A stretch of DNA of 64,000 nucleotides from Candidatus Omnitrophota bacterium (GTDB lineage Bacteria; Omnitrophota; Gorgyraeia; Zapsychrales; Zapsychraceae). The stretch covers positions 13,430-77,429 of the forward strand of contig JAJDCB010000012.1 in assembly GCA_029261065.1 (NCBI GenBank), read 5' to 3'. A model generated the notes under the pieces. That model saw nothing but the letters and a program-made list of their open reading frames with translations, had not been told where the DNA came from and searched no databases. This document shows positions 1-9,997 of the stretch, one piece after another (position 1 is the stretch's first letter; each line of letters begins with the position of its first letter). The position numbers and the translations under genes are program-made.

Positions 1-78
1 ATACAAGATTATTTAAATACTCATAACAAAAATTTATCCAAGGATCTATTTGAGACGTTTTCTCGAAATACACGTGGT

Positions 79-408
79 ATGATTAAACCAGATATTGAAA
101 AAAGTTTAGATGCGTTTTTTTCAACAGATATGATCCCTCCAGAGCCAAAACATCCAACCAATACCTGTGATCCCTATAATGGAAATTGGGCGGAGCATTT
201 GATGGATCCTTATGAGCTTTCCAAAACATTGGCAGATACGGGTTTTGATGTGAAGGTTAATAGCGGATTTTATGGTGAGTTTAGTAAACCTTTTAAACGT
301 CTGATTGGCAATTCCTTAAATGTCCCTATCTATGTGTTTCCTAAATTTGGCATTCGTTTCGCGCCTTTTTATTCATTATATGGTATTAAAAAAATGGAAA
401 ATGTGTGA
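79..408 (+). CDS. hypothetical protein; reading frame is open from nt 1, so it may be the C-terminal part of a longer protein starting before the window
   Basis: ORF track. Manual codon check shows no stop in frame between nt 1 and the ATG at 79. Stop overlaps the start of the downstream GT-C gene (ATGA-type overlap). Confidence 0.4.
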   Translation: MIKPDIEKSLDAFFSTDMIPPEPKHPTNTCDPYNGNWAEHLMDPYELSKTLADTGFDVKVNSGFYGEFSKPFKRLIGNSLNVPIYVFPKFGIRFAPFYSLYGIKKMENV

Positions 409-1823
409 TGCTTAAAAAAATTATCCTTATTGTTTTGTTGTCTTTGCTAACAATCTCCGCTTTTTGTGTCCGGCTTGAAAATTACAAAAATAGCCAAGCG
501 AGATCAATTGATGAAGTTGTATATATGCGCTTAGCAAAACAAATAAAGGATGATATCCATAATTACAATTCTATTGCCTACGGAGAGGAATTGCAGGCTA
601 CAGGAAGAGAACTTCCAAACTACTTTTTTCAACCTCTATTTAAACACCCCCCTTTGTTTGCTCTCATTCTGTCTTGGTCTATGCATATTTTTGGAGTTAA
701 TGGTCTCGCCGGTGGCTATGTGACGGTAGCTTTAGGGGCATTAATGATTCCTTTGATGTTTTTTTTAGGTACTCTTGCCTATAATTGGCGGGTTGGTTTG
801 ATGTGCAGTGTATTGATGTGGTTGGATCCTATTAGTATTATTTGCTCCCAGAAAGTATGGATGGATACCCCTCTTGGTTTTTTTGCATTATTATCTATTT
901 TGCTTTTTTCCTATGGTCTTAAAAAAGACAAAGACAAATGGTATCTTGCAAGTGGATTTGTGAGTGGGTTGGGTACGTTGACAAAATACAGTGGTTTTTT
1001 ATCTACTCTTGTTGTCCTTGGATATGCATTGGTTTATAGAAGAGATTTGTTTAAAAATAAACTTTTTGTAGGAAGTTTATTTTTACCTTTTTTGATGTTA
1101 ATGCCTTGGTTTTTTTGGAATTATAAAGTTTATGGCCTAGATTTCTTTTCAAATTTTCTTATTGAGCAGTTCCCTCATTTTTATCACAATGCCAAAATAT
1201 TTGGCCCTTTTGTACTTTTTGCCATGGCTTTAATTTCTTATTGTATTTATGTCATTTCCAGGAAAAAGCACAGGACACCCCAAAATATAACGGTCAAAGA
1301 AGTTAAAAAACTATCTTTAGAGAAACCTTTACAAATGATATTTACCGCATTATTGATTGTCATTTTGTGGGAACCTCTGCGCTATGGCTTAGAGATATCC
1401 TATCTCCCACAGCATTCCTGGGCAGGAACAGGGTTTCCCGCAGATATAAGTCCGTTTTTTTATTTTAGACAATTGGTCAATTTTTCGATGATTTATAGTT
1501 TCGGTTTATTGGGAATGTTTGTTGTATTTAAGGAGGATAATGAGGTGCAGTATCTTATAAGATTTAGTGCGATACTTATAATTGCTTTTTTTATTGTATG
1601 GAAAAATTATCAGTCGCGTTATATCATGCCTTTTATGCCTATGTTAATCGTTTTAACTTGTGGAACCCTATATCGGTTTTATGAGAAAATTTTAACTTTT
1701 CGTATTCTTCTTTTAAAACAACTAAGTTTTTTACTGCTTAGTTTTTTAATATGTTTAGCTTTTGCTAAATTAAGCGTTATTCACTCTGTTTTGAGTTTTC
1801 CGCACAACTTTTGTTATTTTTAA
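405..1823 (+). CDS. GT-C fold membrane glycosyltransferase, ArnT/PMT-like (GT39/GT83 family)
   Basis: Polytopic membrane protein. First-loop acidic motif SIDEVVYMRLA (DE motif), HPPL motif (FKHPPLFALIL) and LTKYSGF, all typical of ArnT/PMT_2 enzymes that use polyprenyl-phosphate sugars. Confidence 0.65.
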   Translation: MMLKKIILIVLLSLLTISAFCVRLENYKNSQARSIDEVVYMRLAKQIKDDIHNYNSIAYGEELQATGRELPNYFFQPLFKHPPLFALILSWSMHIFGVNGLAGGYVTVALGALMIPLMFFLGTLAYNWRVGLMCSVLMWLDPISIICSQKVWMDTPLGFFALLSILLFSYGLKKDKDKWYLASGFVSGLGTLTKYSGFLSTLVVLGYALVYRRDLFKNKLFVGSLFLPFLMLMPWFFWNYKVYGLDFFSNFLIEQFPHFYHNAKIFGPFVLFAMALISYCIYVISRKKHRTPQNITVKEVKKLSLEKPLQMIFTALLIVILWEPLRYGLEISYLPQHSWAGTGFPADISPFFYFRQLVNFSMIYSFGLLGMFVVFKEDNEVQYLIRFSAILIIAFFIVWKNYQSRYIMPFMPMLIVLTCGTLYRFYEKILTFRILLLKQLSFLLLSFLICLAFAKLSVIHSVLSFPHNFCYF

Positions 1824-1825
1824 AT

Positions 1826-2761
1826 CTATTTATTTTCATGCGGTTTTTGATAATACCCGTAGATATCCTCCCCCAAACCAAACATCTTTAAAGGTAAATT
1901 AAGCATATTTCTAATAAGAAATAATCGTTTCAGTTTATTCTTAGAAGAACTATTGGCAATATTCGCCACAGATGCAGCACGTTTGTTAGATTTTTTTGCT
2001 TTAAATCCTGCTGTAAAATCTTTAATGGTTGATGGTTTTAGATCTAATGTTTCGGTGAGTTTAGGTTGTAATCCTGCATTTTTAGCGCATTGGTCTAGCG
2101 TTGAGTGCTGAAATAAATGCAGATGAACCTGGGGTTCCACGCAATTCCAGCGTTCTTTTAAAAGCAACCAGGCGATGCTTTTTATATTGGGTGTGCTTAT
2201 GGCTAATATTCCCCCTGGTTTTAAGATACGTTTAATTTCTTTAAGCATCTCATAAGGGTTGTGGAGATGTTCAATAACTTGCCACATCGTGATGACCTGA
2301 AAAAAATTATCTTGAAATTTCTCTTTGTGTAATTCTCTTGTATAGACTGTTAATCCATGTCTTCGTGCGACCTCATAGGATTTTTTTTCAAGCTCGATGC
2401 CATAGCTATCCCATCCACATTTTACAGCCGCATTCATAAAAGCTCCATTGGAACAGCCTATGTCAAGGAGGTTTGATTTTTCGGTTAATTTGCCAATTTT
2501 ATTCAGGATAGGTTTATAAAATAACTTAAACTTAGTGTCAGAATAGTCCCATAACTCTTTTTCTTTTGAGCCGTGATGGCTTTCTCTGTTGGCATAAAGA
2601 GCAATGATTTCTTCATTTGAAAGAGAATCTTTGACAAAGACATGTTTGCAATCACGACATATAAGATAAGCCATATCATCTTTGATGCAAAAAGTTTTAT
2701 GATTAATGTTTTCACAGATAATACATATAAGACTGGATGTAGAATGTTTTGATATATTCAA
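1826..2761 (-). CDS. class I SAM-dependent methyltransferase with N-terminal CxxC...CxxC zinc ribbon
   Basis: N-terminal CIICEN...CRDCKH zinc ribbon. Methyltransferase motif I LLDIGCSNGAFM. ILKPGG motif (post I/II). Confidence 0.7.
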   Translation of the reverse strand: MNISKHSTSSLICIICENINHKTFCIKDDMAYLICRDCKHVFVKDSLSNEEIIALYANRESHHGSKEKELWDYSDTKFKLFYKPILNKIGKLTEKSNLLDIGCSNGAFMNAAVKCGWDSYGIELEKKSYEVARRHGLTVYTRELHKEKFQDNFFQVITMWQVIEHLHNPYEMLKEIKRILKPGGILAISTPNIKSIAWLLLKERWNCVEPQVHLHLFQHSTLDQCAKNAGLQPKLTETLDLKPSTIKDFTAGFKAKKSNKRAASVANIANSSSKNKLKRLFLIRNMLNLPLKMFGLGEDIYGYYQKPHENK

Positions 2762-2776
2762 AGATTAAACCTTTTT

Positions 2777-3919
2777 TTATGGCTTCTCAGCTTTTACAGT
2801 GACAGGAATGGATTCTATTGGATAAATAATTTTCTTGATGCTTCGTATTAGAGAAAGTTTAAAGTTATTCTTAGTTTTAATCCGAGGTCCTAAGACAATG
2901 ACCCCTTCATTTGTTTTTAGGACAGGCATCTCAAGGTCTTTAAACCATGTTTTGACCTGAGAATAGGTATGGTGTGTGGCTATGGGGGCTGCATACCAGT
3001 CAAAAATACAATGGGGATGCGGATCAACTTTTATAAATAAATTGACAAAATCAACTAAAAATATTTTTTCTAGAATCTTTCTTAAACGAAACATGCGTTT
3101 TGTAAAGATTTGCAGTCTTTCGATAGACATTTTTGTAGTTCTTTTTCTTATTAAAGCATCAAAAAATTCATAAATAAAGTTACCTTTGCCATAGAGATGA
3201 ATGGTGATGGTCCCTCTTTCTTTTAATTTTTTAGATAAATTTATAGTCGCTTGATGGGCATTTCCTGTATGCATTAATACTCCTATGGAGTAGATAGCAT
3301 CTAGGGATTTTGGTTTTAGAGGCAGGTTAAAGATGTCACCTTGGATAATTTGAACGTTCGCCAACTTATGAGTGTTCTCATTGGCCGATTCAACGCCGTC
3401 TCCTAAATCTACGCCTATCACGTGATTAGCATTTTTAGCGGCCCAATGGCAATAGCGCCCGTTGCCACATCCAGCATCAAGGACTACCTTTTTTTTCAGA
3501 TCATCCGGATTTAATAAAGATTTCCTATGAAAGACCTCTTCTTCAAACGCATTATTATATACGGGATCATCCCAACCGAATCGGTTGTACTCAACCCATT
3601 CAAATCCAAAATTTTGAATTGTTTGTTTTTTTAGATCTTCGAGCTTATCACCAGTTAAAGTATAAGAATTCGCATTTAAGGAGCATTTTTTTAGTTGGTC
3701 TTCATATTGCATTGAGAATTCATGGTATTCATCTTTGATGAGATCCTTGGGTAAAAATCGAGGTACGGAGCGAATAACAGGAAACCATTTTTTGCATGTA
3801 TCATTTTGGCAAATTAATACGCCATTTATAAGTCCGGAGTCGTCTTTATTAAATGTTTCAAGTTCTAAAGAACCCTGACAATCTAAACATTGAATGTAGT
3901 CTAATAACCATGTTTTCAT
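2777..3919 (-). CDS. SAM-dependent methyltransferase with Trm112-like N-terminal zinc ribbon
   Basis: CLDCQG...CQNDTC zinc ribbon at the N-terminus. Motif I VLDAGCGNGRY. ~120 aa C-terminal extension of unknown role. Confidence 0.7.
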   Translation of the reverse strand: MKTWLLDYIQCLDCQGSLELETFNKDDSGLINGVLICQNDTCKKWFPVIRSVPRFLPKDLIKDEYHEFSMQYEDQLKKCSLNANSYTLTGDKLEDLKKQTIQNFGFEWVEYNRFGWDDPVYNNAFEEEVFHRKSLLNPDDLKKKVVLDAGCGNGRYCHWAAKNANHVIGVDLGDGVESANENTHKLANVQIIQGDIFNLPLKPKSLDAIYSIGVLMHTGNAHQATINLSKKLKERGTITIHLYGKGNFIYEFFDALIRKRTTKMSIERLQIFTKRMFRLRKILEKIFLVDFVNLFIKVDPHPHCIFDWYAAPIATHHTYSQVKTWFKDLEMPVLKTNEGVIVLGPRIKTKNNFKLSLIRSIKKIIYPIESIPVTVKAEKP

Positions 3920-3940
3920 TTTAATTCCTTGGTGTCTTCA

Positions 3941-5062
3941 TTAACAAGCAGGTAAAATGTTTTTGGCTCTTGCCTGCCAAGTGTATTCATTTTTTAAAAG
4001 TTCTAAAGCGTTTTTGCCAAGATTTTGACGATTCGTTTCATCCGTTTTTAACCTTAGTAATGCAGATTTCCATGCATTCATATCATCGTGTTGAACTAAT
4101 AACGCGTTTTCATTATGATGAAGTATTTCTTTAATAGCGGTAAGATCTGATGCAATGATTGCTTTGCCAGCGGCCATATACTCAAATATTTTTAATGGGC
4201 TCATCCATTCAACGGTATTTCCCTTGTTTCCTCCAACCGCAACTTTTGCTTGATAAGGGGCTAATAAAACATCCATATGGCTACGATAACGATCACCTAA
4301 AGATGGATCAATAAATCCATGGATGTGAAGGTTATTAAGTGATTGTGTGTTATTTCTCCAGTATAGAATATCTTTCTCTAATCCGCCAATGATATGAAAG
4401 TCCATATCAGGACATTCTTTTGCAAGATCAATAATAATCTCAACCCCTCTTCCTGGGTAAAGATGACCAATATATCCGACTTGAATCTTGTCATTGCGAT
4501 ATGAAAAAGTCAATGAAGTTTCTCTACTATGAGAAGGTTCTATGGGATCGGCTCCATCTTGTGCAATTTGAATTTTATTTGCGGGAAGGTTTTTAAAAAT
4601 TTTCAGATATTCTTCAGCTAAAGGTTTAGATATGCAGATAAGTTTGAAGAAATTTTTCGATTGAAATAAGGTGTTAAGCATCCAAATCTCCATTTTATGC
4701 CGAGGTCGGTCATGGGCTTCAAAAATGATGGGGACTTGTAAATGGCGTACGTTTAAGGCGCAATACATGTGACGAGAATATAGAAGATCTATGTTGGTCG
4801 TGTTTTTTAAATATTTTTGTATTTGGTAAAGGTAGGATAACGCTGAAAAGGCTTTTGGTTTATATTGCGAAAATTTTTGGATGTGAAAGTTGTTTTTTAC
4901 CCCGTAGTAAGTATAGGCATCCTTTTTTAATTGCTCACCTTCTTTGGCTAAAAGGGTAACATCATGCCCATTATTGGCAAAGGCTTGGCACATTTTCATA
5001 ACATGAACGCTGTTTGCAAATCGAGATGGGATGATGGAATGGGATAAGTATGTTATTTTCAT
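3941..5062 (-). CDS. glycosyltransferase family 4 (GT-B fold)
   Basis: C-terminal GT4 signature region EYMAAGKAIIASDLTAIKEIL.... Confidence 0.75.
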   Translation of the reverse strand: MKITYLSHSIIPSRFANSVHVMKMCQAFANNGHDVTLLAKEGEQLKKDAYTYYGVKNNFHIQKFSQYKPKAFSALSYLYQIQKYLKNTTNIDLLYSRHMYCALNVRHLQVPIIFEAHDRPRHKMEIWMLNTLFQSKNFFKLICISKPLAEEYLKIFKNLPANKIQIAQDGADPIEPSHSRETSLTFSYRNDKIQVGYIGHLYPGRGVEIIIDLAKECPDMDFHIIGGLEKDILYWRNNTQSLNNLHIHGFIDPSLGDRYRSHMDVLLAPYQAKVAVGGNKGNTVEWMSPLKIFEYMAAGKAIIASDLTAIKEILHHNENALLVQHDDMNAWKSALLRLKTDETNRQNLGKNALELLKNEYTWQARAKNILPAC

Positions 5063-5065
5063 AAT

Positions 5066-6802
5066 TTAGCTATGTAATATTTCAGGATATAATTCGTGTA
5101 AAATTTTTTCTTGTTTGCGTTGTTGATATTGATTTAGATATTTCTTAGGAATGCTAAATCCTCTTTTCTTCCTATTAAGAATTTCCTCTGGAAGAACATC
5201 TCTATAAGCTTCTTTTAATAAGCCTTTTAATTGATTATTGGAATATCTTATCTCTTCAGGGACATTGAAAATAAACTCAATGATTTCTTTTGATAATAAA
5301 GGAACCCGAGCTTCAAGGGATACAGCCATCGAGACGCGATCCACTTTTGTGAGTATATCGTTTGGTAAATAAGTGAAGAAATCCATGTATTGGAGGCGTG
5401 TTCTTATGGGTAATTGAGGTTTATAAAAGTTGCGAAAATGCCAATTATCATCGTAATCTTTAGGGATGTTCCATTTTTCTGCATAACTTTTTTTCTCTTG
5501 TTGAGACATACCTCCACGAAGTCTGGCAAGACAAGTTAAATCATCTGCGGTGGTCGTTTCTAGTTCGTTAAACATTTTATAGAAAAATGAACCAAATGGA
5601 AAAATCGATTTTAACTGGAATAACGTTTTGTTTAGATAATTATTATTATGGAAAGGATTTTTTGATAGCTTATGAAGGTAATCATACCAGAAGTAACCTC
5701 CAAATATTTCATCGCCTCCATCCCCTGTTAAGACAACTTTTACATGTTCTCTGGCAACTTTTGAGACTAAGAATGTTGGAAATGCGGATGTGTCGGCAAA
5801 TGGCTCATCGTACCATCCCTTTAGTTTTAAGAGAAGCTCATCAGTTTGAATGTTAGATAGTATTTTTTCTAAATGTTTTGTTTCAAATTTATTTGCCACC
5901 ATTTGAGCGTAGGGTGTCTCAGAGTTTTCTTTATCATCAAATCCAATGCAGAATGTGGCAATTTTATCCGTTAAGGAGACTGATTCGGCAACAATAGTAC
6001 TAGAATCCATTCCACCACTAAGAAAAAAGCCTAGAGGGGTATCCGCGACAAGTTGTTGTTTCACAGATTCATTGATAAGGGATCTTAGTTTCTCAGTAGC
6101 TTCATTAAGGGAAATGGGCTGTGGTGAAGGATCAATCTCTAAGGTCCAATAGGGTGCGTTATGGAGAATTTGTTTTTTATTTAAGTCGTAGATGAGTTTG
6201 TGAGCTGGAAGCAATTTAAAGACGTTTTTGTACATTGTTTTGGGTTCTGGAATGTACATGTAACTTAAGTAATCATAAATGGCGGTGTAATCGTAATCAA
6301 ATGAGACATCGTGACACAAACTTACAATTGATTTTAATTCGGAGCCAAAGGCAAAGTTTTGATTTTGATGATAATAATATAAGGGTTTTATTCCGGCTCT
6401 ATCTCGAAAGAGCTTTAATTGGTTATTTTTTATATCGTGAATAGCTATGGCAAACATACCATCAATATGGTTTATAAACTCATCACCCCACTCGATATAA
6501 GCATTTAAAATGACCTCTGTGTCTGTTTGTGATTGGAAAGAGTGTCCTTTGTTTTCAAGTTGCTTTCGTAGTTCACGAAAGCCATAAATTTCTCCATTAA
6601 ACGTAATCCATACATTTTGATCAGCTGAGGACATAGGTTGATGCCCTTTCATACTTAAATCAATAATGGATAATCGAACAAAAGCAAGCGTAAGCTCTGT
6701 ATTGTGTATGATACCTTGATCATCAGGTCCTCGATGCTTTAAAGCCTTCAAGGCCTCTCTGTATTGCCAATCTTTGTTTGTTCCACCAAGAATTCCGCAC
6801 AT
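5066..6802 (-). CDS. asnB: asparagine synthase (glutamine-hydrolysing) family amidotransferase, probably sugar/glycan amidation in this context
   Basis: N-terminal Ntn nucleophile MCGILGG. PP-loop FLSGGMDSS. Length 578 aa. Confidence 0.8.
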   Translation of the reverse strand: MCGILGGTNKDWQYREALKALKHRGPDDQGIIHNTELTLAFVRLSIIDLSMKGHQPMSSADQNVWITFNGEIYGFRELRKQLENKGHSFQSQTDTEVILNAYIEWGDEFINHIDGMFAIAIHDIKNNQLKLFRDRAGIKPLYYYHQNQNFAFGSELKSIVSLCHDVSFDYDYTAIYDYLSYMYIPEPKTMYKNVFKLLPAHKLIYDLNKKQILHNAPYWTLEIDPSPQPISLNEATEKLRSLINESVKQQLVADTPLGFFLSGGMDSSTIVAESVSLTDKIATFCIGFDDKENSETPYAQMVANKFETKHLEKILSNIQTDELLLKLKGWYDEPFADTSAFPTFLVSKVAREHVKVVLTGDGGDEIFGGYFWYDYLHKLSKNPFHNNNYLNKTLFQLKSIFPFGSFFYKMFNELETTTADDLTCLARLRGGMSQQEKKSYAEKWNIPKDYDDNWHFRNFYKPQLPIRTRLQYMDFFTYLPNDILTKVDRVSMAVSLEARVPLLSKEIIEFIFNVPEEIRYSNNQLKGLLKEAYRDVLPEEILNRKKRGFSIPKKYLNQYQQRKQEKILHELYPEILHS

Positions 6803-6806
6803 AATA

Positions 6807-7523
6807 TTAACTTTTGAGTTTACAAATGACGACTTGATTGTTTTTTAAAGGTAAGCCTTTAGTCATTCTATTTAAGATGTATTTAAAAGTAAAAAAGTTG
6901 AATCCGAACTTAAAAGGCCAATCAATGTAATGATTAATGATCGTAAAGCCATTTTCTTCCAAATACTTTCTAAATTCATCCAGTTGCCATTCTCTTATGT
7001 GTGAAGGGTTTGAGGGTTGCATGGCATCTTTTCCTAAAAGAGTATCTCTTTCTGGAGTTGAAAGAAGAATTAAAGTTTTCTTAGTTGAAAAATGTTTTAT
7101 GTAGTTAAGTATGTGCTGAGGGTCACTCATGTGTTCAATTACGTCTGCACATATGATCATATCAGCATATTCAATAAAGCTTTTAAGTTTAAGTTGAGGT
7201 TTTTCCAGATTTTCCGTGATGTAGTTTCCGGATTTATGTATTTTTTTGCAAATGTCAATCGTAGACTGTTGATCAACGCCGAAAATTTTAAAACCATCTT
7301 TAAAAAGAAGATTTAATTTCTTTGCAGGGCCACAACCAAGATCAAGAATTGATTTGCAATTATGTTGTTTGGCTAGCTCCCATCCCTTTAGATAAACATT
7401 GTATTGGTATCGCTGGCTTAAATGAATACGGCTTTTTGTCCAATACAGTTTATTAGGATTGGAGTCGATGGTTCTATTAACTTCGTTAATTTGATAACCT
7501 TCTTTTATATTGTAATTAGGCAT
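6807..7523 (-). CDS. class I SAM-dependent methyltransferase
   Basis: Motif I ILDLGCGPAK. Acidic motif II IICADVIEH. Confidence 0.7.
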   Translation of the reverse strand: MPNYNIKEGYQINEVNRTIDSNPNKLYWTKSRIHLSQRYQYNVYLKGWELAKQHNCKSILDLGCGPAKKLNLLFKDGFKIFGVDQQSTIDICKKIHKSGNYITENLEKPQLKLKSFIEYADMIICADVIEHMSDPQHILNYIKHFSTKKTLILLSTPERDTLLGKDAMQPSNPSHIREWQLDEFRKYLEENGFTIINHYIDWPFKFGFNFFTFKYILNRMTKGLPLKNNQVVICKLKS

Positions 7524-8844
7524 CTTTTAGGTCACTTTTTTTAAGTTTATGATAAATTCGAAAGATCATTAAAGTTGCCCAAGTTATGTAAAATAAAATA
7601 TAGGCATAAGCTGCTCCATTGAGGTTATATTCAACAAGAAATCGTGGAAGACATATGAAATATATTACTGTAGCAATAAGAATAGTACGAAATAATGACT
7701 TGTGTTCTCCTATGGCCAACACGGCTGGCGTCAGGGGTGTTGTGGCTATGGCTATGGCAATGGCAAAGAGGTAAAAAATGGTTGTTGAATAAATAGTTGA
7801 ATAGGCGGAGCTAAAGAAAGTATCAATTAAGAATTGGCCAAAAATTATAAAGCCTAACAAATATATTAGGACGCCTGCTCCAGACATTAAGCTTGTCTTT
7901 AAGATTAGAGATGAAAATTTTTTGAATTTTTTTTCGGAAACTAATTTTGTTAATTCTGGATAGATTGTTTCATAAATAGGGTCGAAGATTTTTATAATTA
8001 TACTGGCAAATAGTTTTGCAATCTTAAACATCCCTACCGCTTTTAAACCTAGAATCCCACCTATAATAAGTAAATCTAATTCTCGGGTTGCTAAACGAAT
8101 GGATGATATAAGGTTCGTTGAGATGACAAAAGACCAAATGCCTTTGCGGGTATTTTCTTGTTTTGTATCCTCTTTTTTAAAAAAATTTAATAAATTTTGA
8201 TTTTTTAATTCTAATAAACTAAATGTTACAAGTAACAGGTAATTGAGAATATCAAATATAAACCAAATAATTATGTAATATTGAAATGGTGCTTTTATAG
8301 AATAGGCAATAAGAATAAATATGAGTTTGAGTCCTTGGGAAATGATTTGAGGGTAAGTATAAGTCTTAAACCGGTTAAAAAGTCTTAATATTCCTATAGG
8401 GGTTCCTGAGATGTTAAATAAAATTAAGAAACAATAAATGTGGGCGTAGTGCACTAAATCAGGAGACCAAACATATCTTTGTGATAGTAATGAAACGCCT
8501 AGATAAGCAATAATAGTGCCTAAAATGGCAGTTGTTATATCAAGGGAGAAACCATAGCGAATAAGTTTTTTAAATTGGGCTATCCGATTATGTTGAATAT
8601 CATCTGTTCCATATTTTATGATCGCTTGCCACGATTGAAAGTTGATGAGACGATCAATGATTAGGACATATGTTTGAATTGTGACAAAGACTCCAAATAG
8701 TTCTGGTCCAAGGGCTCGAGCACATAGGGCAAAGCTAATAAGTGAAAAAATCGATGAAATGGCATTGCCAGTAAGCAAAGTTTTGGCATTTGTTAGGAGG
8801 CGTTTAAAGATTGTGTCGTTAAAGATGGAATTAATTAATGTCAT
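7516..8844 (-). CDS. polysaccharide flippase (Wzx-like, MOP superfamily) membrane protein
   Basis: 442 aa, ~12 predicted TM helices. Lies inside the glycosyltransferase cluster. Confidence 0.6.
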   Translation of the reverse strand: MTLINSIFNDTIFKRLLTNAKTLLTGNAISSIFSLISFALCARALGPELFGVFVTIQTYVLIIDRLINFQSWQAIIKYGTDDIQHNRIAQFKKLIRYGFSLDITTAILGTIIAYLGVSLLSQRYVWSPDLVHYAHIYCFLILFNISGTPIGILRLFNRFKTYTYPQIISQGLKLIFILIAYSIKAPFQYYIIIWFIFDILNYLLLVTFSLLELKNQNLLNFFKKEDTKQENTRKGIWSFVISTNLISSIRLATRELDLLIIGGILGLKAVGMFKIAKLFASIIIKIFDPIYETIYPELTKLVSEKKFKKFSSLILKTSLMSGAGVLIYLLGFIIFGQFLIDTFFSSAYSTIYSTTIFYLFAIAIAIATTPLTPAVLAIGEHKSLFRTILIATVIYFICLPRFLVEYNLNGAAYAYILFYITWATLMIFRIYHKLKKSDLKDA

Positions 8845-8852
8845 ATCTAAAT

Positions 8853-9995
8853 TTATGTTATTAGAGAATATAAACGGTTGTAATCTTTTGAAATCTTATC
8901 GTAACTAAATTGATCTACAATGAGTTCTTGAGCCTTTTGCCCTATTTGTTGTGTTTTGGTTGAGTCGTTTAATAATTTTGAAATGCATTGCGCGAGCGCT
9001 TTAAAATGATTGACCTCGAATAATAAACCTGTAATGTCGTCATTAATGAGCTTTTTGACCCCTTCAATATTTGTACTGATACACCCAAGAGCACAAGCCA
9101 TACCCTCTAGTAATGAATTGGGAAAACCTTCTCTGTGTGATGATAAAACGAACAGATCCGAAATTTGATAATAGTCTTGTGGGAGTTCTATATCTCCTAA
9201 GAAAGTAATATTAGAATTCATTGTTTGCGAAACACTTTCTTTTAGTGTCTTTTCTATGGAATCTTTTTGGTTACCTCCACTTCCCATGATTAAAAGATGA
9301 GCTTTGGGGTGCTCTGCTAAGACTAAAGGCCAAGCCTTGATGATAGTGTCAATGCCTTTGACAGGAACTAGTCGACCAGAACAAATGACAAGCGGTGTCG
9401 TTTTATCGAATCCTTTTGCTTTTTTGTTATTTTGTTTTTCTGTTTCTGAGAGTGGATAAAATTGTGATGGGTCAACACCATTGGAAATACAATGAATACG
9501 TTCTTGTGGCGTTTTAATTTTTATGAGTTCCTCTGTGATCTCTTTTGAAAGGCTCAAAATAATATTAGATTTTTTTAAGATATGAAGAATTACTCCTCCC
9601 CCCCATGTTTCCTTCATCTTTGTAATTCTTGTTGAAGAGGCTATTTTTACGATATTAGGTTTTCTAATTAGAAAACCTAAAATTCTTCCAACGGCGCCTA
9701 AAGCGGCAGCTCCGTGTGTATGAATGATATCAATTTTTCGAGAATGTTTAATGCTAAATATGACTAATCCAAGCAAATACATGAAAGTAGAGAAAAGGTT
9801 GTTGCCAGGTATTCCGATTCGATGGACTGGAACATTATTTATTTTCTCAAACGATGCGTAGGATGCATCCCATTTTCGAGTAACAACGTTGACTGTATTT
9901 CCAAGACTAACAAGGTATGGAATGAGTTGTTTTAACTGTCTCTCAGATCCTCCATAAATGGGATGATAACGATCTATGATCATTAAAATATTCAT
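8853..9995 (-). CDS. glycosyltransferase family 4
   Basis: GFPNSLLEGMACALGCISTNIEGV (the E-x7-E like GT4 C-terminal region). Confidence 0.75.
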   Translation of the reverse strand: MNILMIIDRYHPIYGGSERQLKQLIPYLVSLGNTVNVVTRKWDASYASFEKINNVPVHRIGIPGNNLFSTFMYLLGLVIFSIKHSRKIDIIHTHGAAALGAVGRILGFLIRKPNIVKIASSTRITKMKETWGGGVILHILKKSNIILSLSKEITEELIKIKTPQERIHCISNGVDPSQFYPLSETEKQNNKKAKGFDKTTPLVICSGRLVPVKGIDTIIKAWPLVLAEHPKAHLLIMGSGGNQKDSIEKTLKESVSQTMNSNITFLGDIELPQDYYQISDLFVLSSHREGFPNSLLEGMACALGCISTNIEGVKKLINDDITGLLFEVNHFKALAQCISKLLNDSTKTQQIGQKAQELIVDQFSYDKISKDYNRLYSLIT

Positions 9996-9997
9996 AA

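Noticed and set aside
2503-3173. Small ORFs 2503-2715 (-) and 2976-3173 (+)
   Set aside because: Embedded in or antisense to the zinc-ribbon methyltransferase genes. Low-complexity translations.
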